Source: the human T2T-CHM13v2.0 reference genome, Homo sapiens. From it: 64,000 nucleotides of DNA. Within the stretch, counting starts at the first letter, position 1. Each line of letters opens with the position of its first letter. A program made the position numbers and the translations under genes. This document shows, one piece after another, positions 51,705-64,000 of this stretch. The notes under the pieces were generated by a model, which saw only the letters and a list, made by a program, of their open reading frames with translations, was not told the DNA's origin and searched no databases. The stretch lies in assembly GCF_009914755.1 (NCBI RefSeq), contig NC_060930.1; one strand, 5' to 3'.

Positions 51705-51984
51705 CTGTAGTCTTCCCTTTATGACAGTCCCAAAACAGGTAATTACAGTACAATAAAATATCTTGAGAGACCATATTCACATAATTTTTATTACAGGATA
51801 TAGTTATAATCATTCTATTTTATTATGTGTTGGTGTTAATGTCCTACTTTTACTAATTTACAAATTAAACTTTATCATTGGCATGATGTACAGGAAAAAA
51901 TCATAATACTGATAGGGTTCAGTACTATCCACAGTTTCAGGTGGATCTTGGAATGTATCCCTTGCAAATAATGAGGGACTACTG
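51705..51984 (+). mobile_element. MER44/Tigger7-like TcMar DNA transposon derivative
   Basis: TIR-like ends 'ctgtagtc.tccc' and 'gggactactg'; internal 'tacagtacaataaaatatcttgagagacca.attcacata'. Confidence 0.75.
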
Positions 51985-52705
51985 CATTTGTTTTGGCTCA
52001 ATGTTATGTTTGAGAGATAGATTATGCCACAGTTAATTCATTATCATTGTTTTGTAATAATCCATTAAGTTAATATTTAAAATTTAATTACTGTTTCTAG
52101 TGTAGATAGACATTTTCCCCCTAGGCTTTCGTTACTGTGAAAAATGCTGCTATGAGCATTTTATATATGTCTTTCAGTTAAATTGCATACATTTCTGTTG
52201 TATATATATCTAGGAGTTGAATAGCTCTGTCAGAAAGTATAAATATGATTAACTTTAGTAGCTATTGCCAGTTTTCCAAAATAATTGTTTATATTTAACA
52301 CTTTACCAGCAGCATACAAGAGTTCCAGCTGATCCATAGCCTTATCATTTGGTATGGTCACTTTGTAGATTTTACCTATTCTGTTTATTATAGCTTTAAT
52401 TTTACTTTCTTGATATTGGTGAAGTTGAACATATTCTCATGTTTACTGACTGTTTTGATATACTCTGTTGTGAAATGTCACTTTGTGTTTCTTGCTCATA
52501 TTTATATTTAGTTGTTTCTTTTTTCTTATTGAATACAAGCTCTTTGCCAACTACATGGATTGTAAATATCTTCTTCAGTTCTGTATATTGACTTGCCAAT
52601 CTCAAGGGTGAGTTTTGATGAATGTAAATTCTTAATTTTAGTGTAAATCAATTTATGTATTGTTTCCTTCAGAGTTATGATTAGTCCTTTCATGTCATGT
52701 TTAAA

Positions 52706-52876
52706 TGTTGTGGGGTGGGGGGACGGGGGAGGGATAGCATTAGGAGATATACCTAATGTAAATGACGAGTTAATGGGTGCAGCACACCATCGCACATGTA
52801 AACATGTGTAACAAACCTGCAGTTTGTGCACATGTACCCTAGAATTTAAAGTATAATAAATATATATATATAAAAA
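52706..52876 (+). mobile_element. L1PA 3' end, short 5'-truncated copy
   Basis: 'gggagggatagcattaggagatatacctaatgtaaatgacgagttaatgggtgcagcacacca...gtaccctagaatttaaagtataataaa'. Confidence 0.93.
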
Positions 52877-52989
52877 GAATTATTTGCCTTCCCCAAAGTC
52901 ATGAATTTATTCTACATTACCTTCTGTAAGCTTTACTTAAGTTCTACACTCTACCTAGAATTAATTTTTCTGTGTAAGTACTGTGGAGT

Positions 52990-53456
52990 TGTGATAAGCT
53001 GAATTATGACACTCAAAGACACCCATGTACTAATTGGTGGAACTGGTGAGTGTTATTTGATATTGCCAAAGAGACTTTGCAGATGTGATTGAATTAAGGA
53101 GCTTGAAATGGAGAGATTATCCTATATTATCTCGGTGGGCCTTAAACATAGACACAAGTGTCTTTGTAAAAGGGAGGAAGAGGGAGACTTGATGGCAGAT
53201 GAGGAGAAGGCCATGTGACTACAGAAACAGAGACTGGAGTGATGCAGCCACAAGCTACAGAATGCTGACAGCCACCAGAAGCTGGAAGAGGCAAGGAATG
53301 GATTCTCTGAAGCTTCCAGAGGGAACCAGTCCTGCTGACAGCTTGACTTTAGCCCCATAAGACTCATTTCAGACTTCTGACCTCCAGAACTGTAAAAGAA
53401 TAAATTTCTATTGTTTTAATGGTAACTTGGTATAGCAGCAATACAAAATAATGCAG
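52990..53456 (+). mobile_element. MLT1-family MaLR LTR
   Basis: 'gactttgcagatgtgatt..ttaagga.cttgaaatggagagattatcc...cagacttctgacctccagaactgtaa..gaataaatt'. Confidence 0.85.
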
Positions 53457-53911
53457 GGATCATTTTTTCATTTTCCATTTTGATTTCTAATTGATCCAAA
53501 ATCATCAAAGTAAATAATTCTTATGATGTAAATATTGAATTTTCAGATATTTATTTGTGGAATATATATATATTTTACTATTTTTGAGTTTTTCCATTCC
53601 CTACTTTTCTTCTATTGTTTTTATCAGTATATGTATGTATATACATATCAGTATATATACACATGTGATATACATATATCAGTATATGTATTTTATGATA
53701 ATGACATTGTTTTTGTACTCAAGCAATAGAAAAATGGACAAATAAAAGTGTCTTAAATCTCTCCAAAATTACAACCTTCAGAAATGGCCAGCATTAATAT
53801 TCAGTGAACATCTGTAGATACAAAGATTGATATATGGATAGATAGGTAGAATTTCTTAAAATAAGAGCAGGATCACACTATAAAGTATTTAAAAAAGAAA
53901 ATTATATGAAA

Positions 53912-55198
53912 TGAGTGGTTCTCAAACTCTTTGATCTAAGGACCCCTTAAGACACTTAAAATCCAGTGAGAACTCTAAAGAGCTTTTGTTTACATGTTTC
54001 GCATCTTTTGATTTACTGAATTACCATTTAAAACCATGAAAATTTTCAAATGTTAATTTAAAAATATCATTACATGTTAACCTAAATAACATATTTTGTG
54101 AAAAGTAATTATATTTTTTTCAAATAAGAAACAGCAAGAGAATTATTCTATACTTTTACAAATATCTTTATTTTGAAACTTAATAGGAGACAGCTGGATT
54201 ATTATATCTACTTCTGTGTTCAATCTGTTGTGAATTGTTTCTTTGGCCAAAGTATAGGAAGTTCAGCCTCACACAAAATGTTATGGGAAGAGGAGGAACA
54301 TTTTCATAACTTTTTCAAATACATACAAACTGGACAAATGGCAGTTCGTTAAAGTTTAGTTGCAGTGTGGAATCTAAAAGTGTATTAATGAACTTCACGT
54401 CCTTGTTACATTAAAATGTTATTGGTCTTTCTTGCACTTTGAATGGATGTTTTACTCAGTCATAATTTTATAACATCACTAATTGATCATTTGAAAAATA
54501 TTGGTTCAGAGTTATGCAGAGTTTTCAGATATGACACATTTATTGTATAATAAGATATCAAATTCATTAATATTACCACTGAGATAATCAGAAAATGTTA
54601 GAAAGCTCTCAAGTTTGTTATGGGGAATGTAGATTTTTCCAAAATTCTAATTTTTCTTAGACAGCTTGAGTTTTATCGGCAAAAAATACTATTAGCTGTT
54701 TTCCTTGAGGTAACAGGCTTACTTTATTACTTTTTCAGAAAATAGCTGCCAAATAGTCATGTCTGAATAACCATACATTATCTGCTAGTCATTTTTTCAG
54801 TAGTTTTCATAGTGTCTAGTTAAACTGGCAACTTGTCTCAAGGCAACTATTATACTTTAATATGTAGTCAACTTTCTTAATGTGTACTTCCAATGTTACA
54901 GAATATTAAAACTTGTATACCCAAGTGTTGAGATTTAATAAGATTATTGAATTTTATTGCATCTCTAAGGACATTTTTTTAAGTGTCCATTTTTGTTTTG
55001 AGTGGACAGTGGAAAAGAATACAATGACCGCTAGTACGATTTGGTGCTGCTGCCTTAATATTAAGGTGTTAATAATTTTATTCATTATGACTTTTACACC
55101 ATGAGCGAAAATGTCAACACAGTGATTTTGACCTTCTGGACACTTGAAACTCCTGTGGATCCCTCAGGAGTCTATGGATACACTCGGAGTATCCCTGT
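53912..55198. mobile_element. Charlie1-like hAT DNA transposon fossil
   Basis: 'agtggttctcaaactctttgatct.agggaccccttaa.acacttaaaa...gagaactctaaagagcttttgtttacatg'. Confidence 0.7.
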
Positions 55199-55790
55199 GT
55201 GAGAGCTTACCTCCACTTAAAAGGAAAAACCAGAAACCAGAATGAAACTAGACTTATTGCTCAACATTAATTAAGTGTTTCTTTAACAATTCAGCAAGAC
55301 TATGTAGAAACCTGGGTTATCTGTTCCCCCTACCTCAGGTTCTAGACGAGTGGATTAAAAGCAACAGTCAGGGCTCAAAGAATGGTTCAGAGAAAGGTGT
55401 CTGGAAAAATTATGAAAGGCTTTGAAATGAGAAAATAATTTAATATTTAGCTTACTCATCCAGGTTCTCTGAACCTTTCTTTGTCTCTGAGCTATTTCCC
55501 AATACTGTAAGTTGCAGAAAACTAATAATAATTCACATGATTCCTGACTATACTAATGCATGTTAATTTTCTGATGAAATGAAATTATTACCCCATGGGG
55601 AGACTATTTTTTTATCTACTTGTAAATTTACTTCAGAATTCCTTATTCTTTATACATGTTTGTGCCCCTTGAATTGTTTCTTGAACTTGTTATAATATCT
55701 CACCAGTTACTACATAAATTAATAAGTAAATAAAATCTTTGACATTTTTTTATTACTATTATACTTTAACAAAGAAAAATCAGCTAAATC

Positions 55791-55939
55791 TTAAAGAATA
55801 ATTTTTAAAAGGGTATATAAAAACACATGTCATTTAGCATTAGGTATATCTCCTAATTAGGTATATCTCCTAATTAGGGATACCTCCTGATGCTAAATGA
55901 CATGTGTTTTTATATACCCTTTTAAAAATTATTCTTTAA
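55791..55939. repeat. Perfect 50-bp inverted repeat with a 49-bp L1-derived spacer
   Basis: 55791-55840 is the exact reverse complement of 55890-55939. Confidence 0.95.
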
Positions 55940-58200
55940 CAAAGAAAAATCAGCTAATTCTAGTTTTTGATGTTACAACACATATAAGGAGGAATGATTT
56001 GTATCATATCCAAACAAATAAAACCAAAACCAACTCTGAGGAAAATTTGCATAAAAACAGTGCAAATGGGGTCCCTGATACTAGGGAACATTTTACTCTC
56101 GCACTGGACAAAGATGCCCACACTGAGGATGACCAAGTTGGGGAAGGAAGGAAGAATTCAAAACATGGTTGAAGAAACATATAGAGCCGGGGGGACATAA
56201 AAAATCCAAGGCACAGAAGTACGTTTCCCATTAGTGCTGCGCTTCAAGCTATAGAACTTATTGAGAATATAAATTCAGTATGAGAGCAACACAAAGTAAT
56301 ACATAATAATAAAAATAGATTAAGTCAATATTGCAGAAGTAAGGAAACAGATAAAACAACAGCATTAAAGATTTAATAATTTAGAATAACAAAAGGCATA
56401 TGGTTGAAAATCACTCATTTGAGATCCTTCTAAATGTCCTATTTTAGGATCCACTTAACCCATCTGGGTTTATCACTTCTGAGGACTTCAACTGTACAAT
56501 GAGCAAATTAGCCCACTGCATGGCATAGGGCAATACAACTTTATCTTTTCTGCGTCTTCTGAGATCCATTAGCAGGTTGTTTTTTTTTTCGGCTTCTACT
56601 CTTTAGTATTTTTTTCTTATTTTTCCCATGGCTTCCTATTCAGCTGATCAGGCTGCTTTTATCTGAATTTGAGAGTATAATTAAAATTTTTTTGTATTCT
56701 TGACTTTTTTTCTGGAGTGGAGGTGAGGTGGTGGTTGGGAGTTGGAGCATATTTAGAAACACAAAACTGCACCAGCACTTGTGTGTTTTTCTCCTTGGAT
56801 CTGTAAAAGGTTATATTATAAAATGGCATAAGGCGGTTCTTCTTTCTTGAATTGTTGACTTGTTCTCCACTCCCATCATTTTGTGCGTGGGGAGGGTGTT
56901 AATGCACTAAAGGACAGTCTGTTATCCTGCTCCATTCTATCGTTTCTACTCAGAAGCTTTCTATTTCTTAATATTTTTCATAAACTGCTTTATGTTACCA
57001 TTTCAGACTCATATTTTTGAGATAAGTCTTAAAAATAGGATATATAGTGTAGGGTAGAACAGAACAGCTGAGCATTTAGGTCAAGCTGTTGTGCCATATG
57101 TACAAGGTTTGTTTTTCAAAACTTCAAAAACTGAATTTTAAAGATTGACTATACACATTCAACAAGATGTATGTAGTACTATGCAAGAATGAGTTATTTT
57201 TAAAGGAAGCTCAGCCACTAACATCAATGACAGAGATGAATAGTCTTATTCAAGTATACCAACATCCCATTATGGACTGTAGCTGCTTTATTGTACAGTA
57301 TAAAATAAGACTGCTTTAATAAAGGTAATGGGAACAAAAATGAACAATGAAGCTTAGTTCTCTTCACAGTCTGCTATATATTAACAGGTTTTAATTTATC
57401 ATATTGATTTATTCCATTAACAACAATTCGTGGTTTTATATAATATTTTTTACAAAGGTCAAAGTGTTTTGCAAATAACATATGATGGTAGGTGGGAAAG
57501 TAGAGGATCTGACACTACTGATGTGTTTCCATGATTCTATAGCAAATTAATCACCTTAGGGAACAAAAGACATATCACTTGATTGACTTTTTTCACCCTC
57601 AAATCAATTGACTTTGTATCATGTAACCCTAGGATTCTATAAGTAGAGAAAAGCTATGAATAAACACATTCAGGAGGAACTCTGGTTTTTCCAAACAGTA
57701 TTAAAGACAATTTTCAAACACAATTATGGTAAAAATTATTTGATTTTAGAAGGGAAAAGTTAGTGGCAATTAGGAAAAGAGAAAGAAACTTGAATTTTCA
57801 AAATACAACTACTGAAGAAAATTCTAAGTAATGACTATTCTTAGATAAATGTATGTATTTTTACATTAAACCTTATGGATTGAGTAATCCATATGTCATA
57901 TTAAATTTAGTTCAACATTGCTCGTTGAATGTAGACATCAAGCAATGTGAATCTTTATATATATGTGTGTGTGTGTGCATATATATATATATGTTTGCAA
58001 ATATATATAGGGCAAATGTTAAAGGCAGTGTCTGGAACATTTCCCCCATAATGTTCTAATTTGTGCTACCTTCAGGCAGGACTTGAAAGCTCTAGAAGAG
58101 TTTACCATTAAGTCGTTGAAAGAAAGTCATTCTATTCTTTCACTGAAAAGATGCTTGATGATCCATTAGAGAAGTATGAACCTATCCTTTTCTTGAAATA

Positions 58201-58226
58201 TTAAGTTGGTGCAGAAGTAATGCGGT
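58201..58226 (+). mobile_element. MADE1/Hsmar1 TIR fragment
   Basis: ttaagttggtgcagaagtaatgcggt versus recalled TIR ttaggttggtgcaaaagtaattgcggt. Confidence 0.6.
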
Positions 58227-60094
58227 AATAGTTCTTTAGGCTTTTAGGCTTTGTAGTAAGTTTTAAAATGAATCATTTATTGATTTTTTTTCTGAATGTT
58301 TTATCCAGACTACATTTCAAAACTTTATAAAATCTCTAGTTCTCAAATTTTGTTTATCCTAATAAAATGATTGTCTGCTAATTTAAGATTTGTTAAGCAT
58401 AAAAGTGCTGCTTAGAACAATGAATAATAGTATTCCTCTCAAAACATAGATTCCAGTATCTAAATGTCATAGTTTTTAGAGAGATAATTCTAAGAAGTTT
58501 GAATCTGATATATTAAAATATATATGTATATATAATTAGTCTTATAAAAAGAAATAATGAAATAAATATCACATGGAGAAACAATGATATTCTAGTCACC
58601 TATTTTACAATTTTAGTTTGCTTAGATATTAGTTTAATTGTAGATCTGGAATTTGCTAAACATGGATACTTTATCACTTTATTGAAATATTGAAGATATT
58701 CATTGTTTATATGGTACCACTCCCATTAAACATGGGTATTCTTCTCTAATTGAGCTATTGTAATAATGCTCCCAATATCAACAATTTGAATTGAGATCAT
58801 TTATAAATATTCAAAAGAGGTTCATTGGTTATCGGTTTGAATTAAATAAAATCTAACATCATTCCTTATAGAATTAATAGTTATAAGTGCAGATAAAGCA
58901 CTATTAAATCAGGTACCTAGATTATTAAATCTGGAAATTTCCATAAAGTTACCTGGATTTCTATCATCTACCTTAACAGAAAAATACCTCACATTTTTAT
59001 GGTGTTTTGTATTTTTCAAAACACTTACATAGATATACATTTCAAACCTTGTGAAGTTTGATAATATAAACATACCTGCATCACTTGTAGTCAAACTAAG
59101 ACATAGAAAGATGAATAGATGTACCCTATATTGTACAATAGCTCACACTAACTTGGGTTCAAATCTATCCTTGGTTATCTACTGACGTTTCAATCAGGGC
59201 TACCTGTGGGAGCAGTCAGATGATCTGTTTATCCTGGTGCTGCTTCATGACATATGATAAAGACTGTTTGGTTATCTTGCATTGAGATCTCTGTTGGAAC
59301 ACAGATGTTTCTTCTGTAGTTTTAGAATTCCTCTTTCCTGGTTCCCCCTAAAGGTCTGGATTTGTATACAGCAGTAATTCCAGTAGCAACCTCAGCAGCA
59401 GTTGCTCATGATTTTAAGACAGCTTACAGCAACAATGATGACATGGGCTGATAATAACCAGTGTTAGGGTAAGCTAGTTTGTCAGTGGGAAGATGGCAGA
59501 CAGAGAAGCTCTGGGGAGAACTGAAGGATCATGGCAGCAGCCTGGTACATAATTAATGATTACACCCATGTTTATTACATGCTATTGGAGATTGGCTTCA
59601 GGCCAATTTCTGAAATTTATAGACAGCCTGTTTTAATTTTTTCTAGTCTGCTAATTGTGCCTAACCAGTAAAAAACACTAGTAATACACAACTCTTAGAG
59701 GAAATGGGTCTTCTTCATTTGGGTGAAATGAATAAAAATGAAAACTCCAAATTTCACCAATTGTCTGTTTTCCTACTCTCCCATTTTTGATGCCACGATT
59801 TTTAGTCTATTTGTTGCTAGGATGAACATGGCTGTTAAATGGATATAACATTCGTAACACCTCTCAGACAAAAATCTTGCATCTTAAGACCTTAATTCCC
59901 TAGACAAGGTACAAGAGGAAAGGAGTTAAAGCATTATCTGAATAAGTCACTTATTTCAGGCCTGCCATTTGCCAAGCACTGTTTTATGCAGGTTATATGT
60001 ATCTCTCATTGACTTATTTCTTCATAAATTTCAATTGTATAAGTAGAATATAATTGTTCTATTTTAGGCGAAGTTTAATGAATCACATAATTCT

Positions 60095-60310
60095 AGGTCA
60101 AGGGTTGGCAATCTATGTGGCCCATGGACCAAATTCTGACACTGTCTGATTTTGTAAATCTTAATTGAAACATGGCCGTACTCATTCATTTACATATTGT
60201 CCATGGCTGCTTTCAGGCTACTATGGCAGAGTTGAACTTGTGCAGCTTGCAAACATATCTACTTCAAATATCTATTTCTGAGGGTTATAGAAAAACTTGC
60301 CAACTCCTGC
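60095..60310 (+). mobile_element. MER58A
   Basis: 'agggttggcaatcta..tggcccatggaccaaatt...ttgtccatggctgcttt...ttgccaactcctg'. Confidence 0.8.
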
Positions 60311-60622
60311 TATATTCCTGATTTTTTAAGTAAATGCGTGAAAACATTATCTTTGTTTCAAGCTACATTTTGACTAAACCATTGAAATTTGTGTTTGTTT
60401 CTATTTATCAGAGGAATAAATTATAACAATGTTCAATGGGATAATTTCCTAAAGATTCAATACCTACTTATTTTTTATCACAACTATCAAGGTTGAATAA
60501 CTCAGAAACAAAACTTAAGAACTATTCTAGCCAAGTACCTATGCTATGCAAGGCACTAGAGGAGGTTCTGAGGAGAGTGGGGAGAATAGAGAACTACGAA
60601 ACACAGTTTCAGATTAAGAGGT

Positions 60623-60986
60623 TAATATGGTTTGGCTGTGTCCCTACCCAAATTTGATCTTGAATTGTAACTCCCATAATTCCCATGTGTTTTGGGAGGG
60701 ACCCGGTGGGAGATAACTGAATCATGGGGGCATTTTCCCTCATACTGTTCTGGTGGTAGGGTATAAGTCTCATGAGATCTGATGGTTTTATAAGGAGTTT
60801 CCCCTTTTGCTTGGCTGTCATTCTCTCTCTTGCCTGCTGTCAAGTAAGATGTGTCTTTTGCCTTCTGCCATGATTGTGAGACCTCCCCAGCCCCGTGGAA
60901 CTGTGAGTCCATTAAACCTCTTCTTCTTTATAATTTACCCAGTCTTGGGTATGTCTTTATTAGTAGTGTAAAAACAGGCTAATACA
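60623..60986 (+). mobile_element. THE1B-like solo LTR
   Basis: taatatggtttggctgtgtccc...ctaataca; 5-bp TSD gaggt (60618-60622 and 60987-60991). Confidence 0.92.
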
Positions 60987-63756
60987 GAGGTGTTTGCTAT
61001 TTGGTGAGGAGATGTAAGCACAGACTCCTGGTAAAATGAATCTCTGTGCAAGTTCTTAATTTATACTTCTAATTTAAGACATGTCACAACCAGGTTTCCC
61101 AAAGAATTATGTAGCTATCTACTAAAAGGTGAGAAACTAGGGATATATAGACCATCACTTATTCAACTTTGTATCCCTCACATTGCCCAAAGAAAGCTAT
61201 GCACATTTTAGGCACTCAGAATTTGTTGAATTTGTCTTTGCTGTCATAAAAAAGATGAAATACAATGAATAGAAGTTTCTCATGAATGACAATGCATTAA
61301 TTCAGCCATCCATGTTTGCAACTTACTCTTTCCTATATCTGTCTTGAGCTAGCTCTATTGGGACCCATTAAGGAGGGATGAAGATATTCAAAGAATTTTA
61401 TGGTACACACAATAAAATTGATTAAAACAACTGAGCAATCTTTTTCCTTAGAAGAGAAAAGATGCTATCTAATATGATGCCAGGGAATGCTGTGGGACTT
61501 CATTGGCCTTGCCACATCATTGAAATGAAATATGGTAAGTGTCTAATGAAGATGTTATATATTCTGCTGGAAATCATTTTATAGGGAAAGGCAGGTGTTA
61601 TGACTCTTTAGATTTCATTTGTTTTCTCCAGGAGTATCAGAAATCTTTTAGTCTTCCATAAATGCAAATGAAGAGGCCCCAATAATTCCACTAGCATGTC
61701 AATTACTCTTATCTAAGATTGGTCCTTCTTTTGCTTCCTATTTTAAATACAAACATTAAGTAATATAAAGATTGCTTCTGAATCCTCTCCTCCCACTGGA
61801 GTTGCTCATGTAATTTGCCTCCTGGGACTTGGTCAGATGTCTTCTCATAATTTTCAAAGATCACATACTTCCACATGGCATGCTTATTTCTTTTCAAAGA
61901 AGCAGCACAGAATGGATCCAACTGCATGGTAATATATCCCATGACGAAGCCTCCTGATTGATACTGCTTGTGTAATAGAGCTCATTTTCTGAAAGTGCAC
62001 CTAAAGAATTTTGTGTGGTCTCATCCCTTCTCTCGTGACCTATTAGTAGCTCCTTTGACTAGGTTCCAGAATTCTGAATTGGTTCAGTGGCAGATTCAAA
62101 AAGCTTTCTTTTCATCTTGACTGCTGCTCTCAGAGCTGTCTCTCTCCCACAGAGTGTTCTTTTTTAAGCTATCCTTTCTAAGGATTTTTACCGTAACCCC
62201 GTAAGGATTCAAGTTTTATCTTCCTTTTGTTCCTTTTCAACATCAATTAGTTGGTGAGGCAAACTGAGACAAAATAAATGTGCAGTTTTGAACCAGGAAT
62301 ATAATTCAAAGCTGACAGTGGTTTATCAGCCTGATAGTTCTCTATCCTTGTCTCTTAAATATTTGATTTGATATAAAATACAATGTTCAAAAAATGTTTG
62401 TGAAATGGAATTGAGTTGAACTGAAATATTTAGGAATTAAAAAATGGCAAAATTAAAATCAAAGCAACTCAAACAAAATCAACACCTAATATTTGAAGTG
62501 AAACATCTGTTTTAATTTTCTCACTAGTTTTAATTGCTCCTACACATAATATACTGATTTCAAAGTAAATGCAATTATCCCCTAAGTTAAGGGACACACC
62601 TTTTAAATTACCAGTATCTAACTGAATTACAAAAATCTTTGTGCTCATCTGTTGTGAGGCTTTTATGAGGTTGACAGATTCTAAGAGGATAGAAAGTAGC
62701 AACCCAGGAAACATTCTGCTGAGGTATTCCCAACAGTGTAGGATTAAATTACCACCTTAAAAATGAACAGAAAGAATGCTTTACAAACAAAAATATTTTC
62801 TCCCTTCATGGGCTCTGAAACTCTCTAGAGTAAACAGCTTTGATGTGTCCGGTACTATAACAACAATTATATAAGACAAGGGCAGAAATGGATAATCGTT
62901 ACAGTGGGATTATTTTCTTACCAATAATTTCTAGTTTGATTGTTTTTGTAGGTCATTGAATAAGGAAGGCAGAAATGATCCTATGGCACTATCATCAGCT
63001 TGACTTTTATTGGATTTAGATTAAAGTACGAACTTTAATGGAGTGTATATATGCTTGGCATGTATTTCTCTGGCCTTCAAAGATAACACATCCAAGTGTT
63101 GGTATGGACATGAGCCAGGAGCGTGAACCCAGAGCAGGATAATTCCCAGTGGTTGGGTGCTGCTTTAACTATGAGCTGTTTTTAGTTGGTAGAAATAAAT
63201 TTTCCCCAAGAAAATGCCTTCCAATTCTATATAACTTAAAAAATTGCAAAGCTAGAAAATCACTTTTCTTTGTCTTTCGATTATTATGTTTGTGTCTTTT
63301 GTTCTGTTTTTCTTTTGTTTACTCTGCAATGTACTATTACTTCCAAATTTCATGGTCATCTACCAGCACTTAGATTTTGTATAAAAAACAAGTTTTTCTT
63401 TTGTATTGTCTTCTCTCTCTCTCTTTTAACATAAATCAGTCAGACACTCTCTAAAGCTATCATTTAAACATGGGTGCCTCTGCTCCTGGGGAATAAATGA
63501 TACTGGCCTAGCCTGGCAAGTTGGTTTCTTTCTAAAATATAACATAAATTCTTTGTTTTAATTTAATGTTAAAAACTACTAACTTCACCTGGCTTTCCTA
63601 AATGCTTCTTTTAGGCATTTTACTCGTAGTCAAATAATAAAATCTTTTATGTATTTTGTTTAGAAAGTGTAGAATGATGAATCAATTTAGCAAACTGTTT
63701 CAAAGTAGAGGAGCAAATCGTTTGGGAAATAATAAGTTGCCCCAAAGGGGATAATT

Positions 63757-64000
63757 GTTTTTTATTTTTTATTTTTTTATTATTTTATTATACCTTAAGT
63801 TCTAGGGTACATGTGCACAACATGCAGGTTTGTTACATATGTATACATGTGCCATGTTGGTGTGCTGCACCTATTAACTCGTCATTTACATTAGGTATAT
63901 CTCCTAATGCTATCGCTCCCCGCTCCCCTGATACCACAACAGGCCCCTGTGTGTGATGTTCCCCTTCCTGTGTCCAAGTGTTCTCATTGTTCAATTCCCA
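63757..64000 (-). mobile_element. L1PA 3' end, antisense, runs off the window
   Basis: 'ttattataccttaagttctagggtacatgtgcacaacatgcagg...gtcatttacattaggtatatctcctaatgcta'. Confidence 0.95.

Larger units (their letters stand above)
51430..52980 (-). mobile_element. Old L1M fragments, antisense, interrupted by younger elements
   Basis: 'agtggaatcatattgtatg', 'aaatgctgctatgagcatt', 'ttgaacatattctcatgtttactg'. Confidence 0.65.

Noticed and set aside
61709-62002. 77-aa - strand ORF and a possible acceptor at 62001
   Set aside because: No recognisable protein similarity, weak pyrimidine tract, and all frames from the acceptor end within ~40 codons.

Overview
Primate (most likely human) AT-rich, repeat-dense genomic DNA. 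I can support no host protein-coding gene, RNA gene or CRISPR array. The main feature is a two-LTR ERV9/HERV9 (LTR12) provirus on the + strand at 7809-16531. It has a 4-bp GTAT target-site duplication, a tRNA-Arg primer-binding site, decayed gag, a pro-RT-RNaseH frame broken by only two stop codons, a purine-rich tract where integrase should be, and a deleted env remnant. It is nested, along with two other LTR elements, inside one old antisense L1. The rest is Alu, L1, L2, MIR, MaLR/ERVL LTRs and DNA-transposon fossils. The most unusual structures read directly from the sequence are: (1) an ~860-bp TSD-flanked, polyadenylated insert at 41595-42494 with no L1 body, resembling an orphan transduction or retrocopy; (2) a perfect 50-bp inverted repeat at 55791-55939 around triplicated L1PA 3'-UTR 17-mers, inside 24-bp direct repeats; (3) strongly uneven divergence and CpG retention between the two ERV9 LTRs, which also share an AATGAA poly(A)-signal variant. 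Subfamily names come from recalled consensus sequences, not from a database search, and boundaries of old repeats are approximate.
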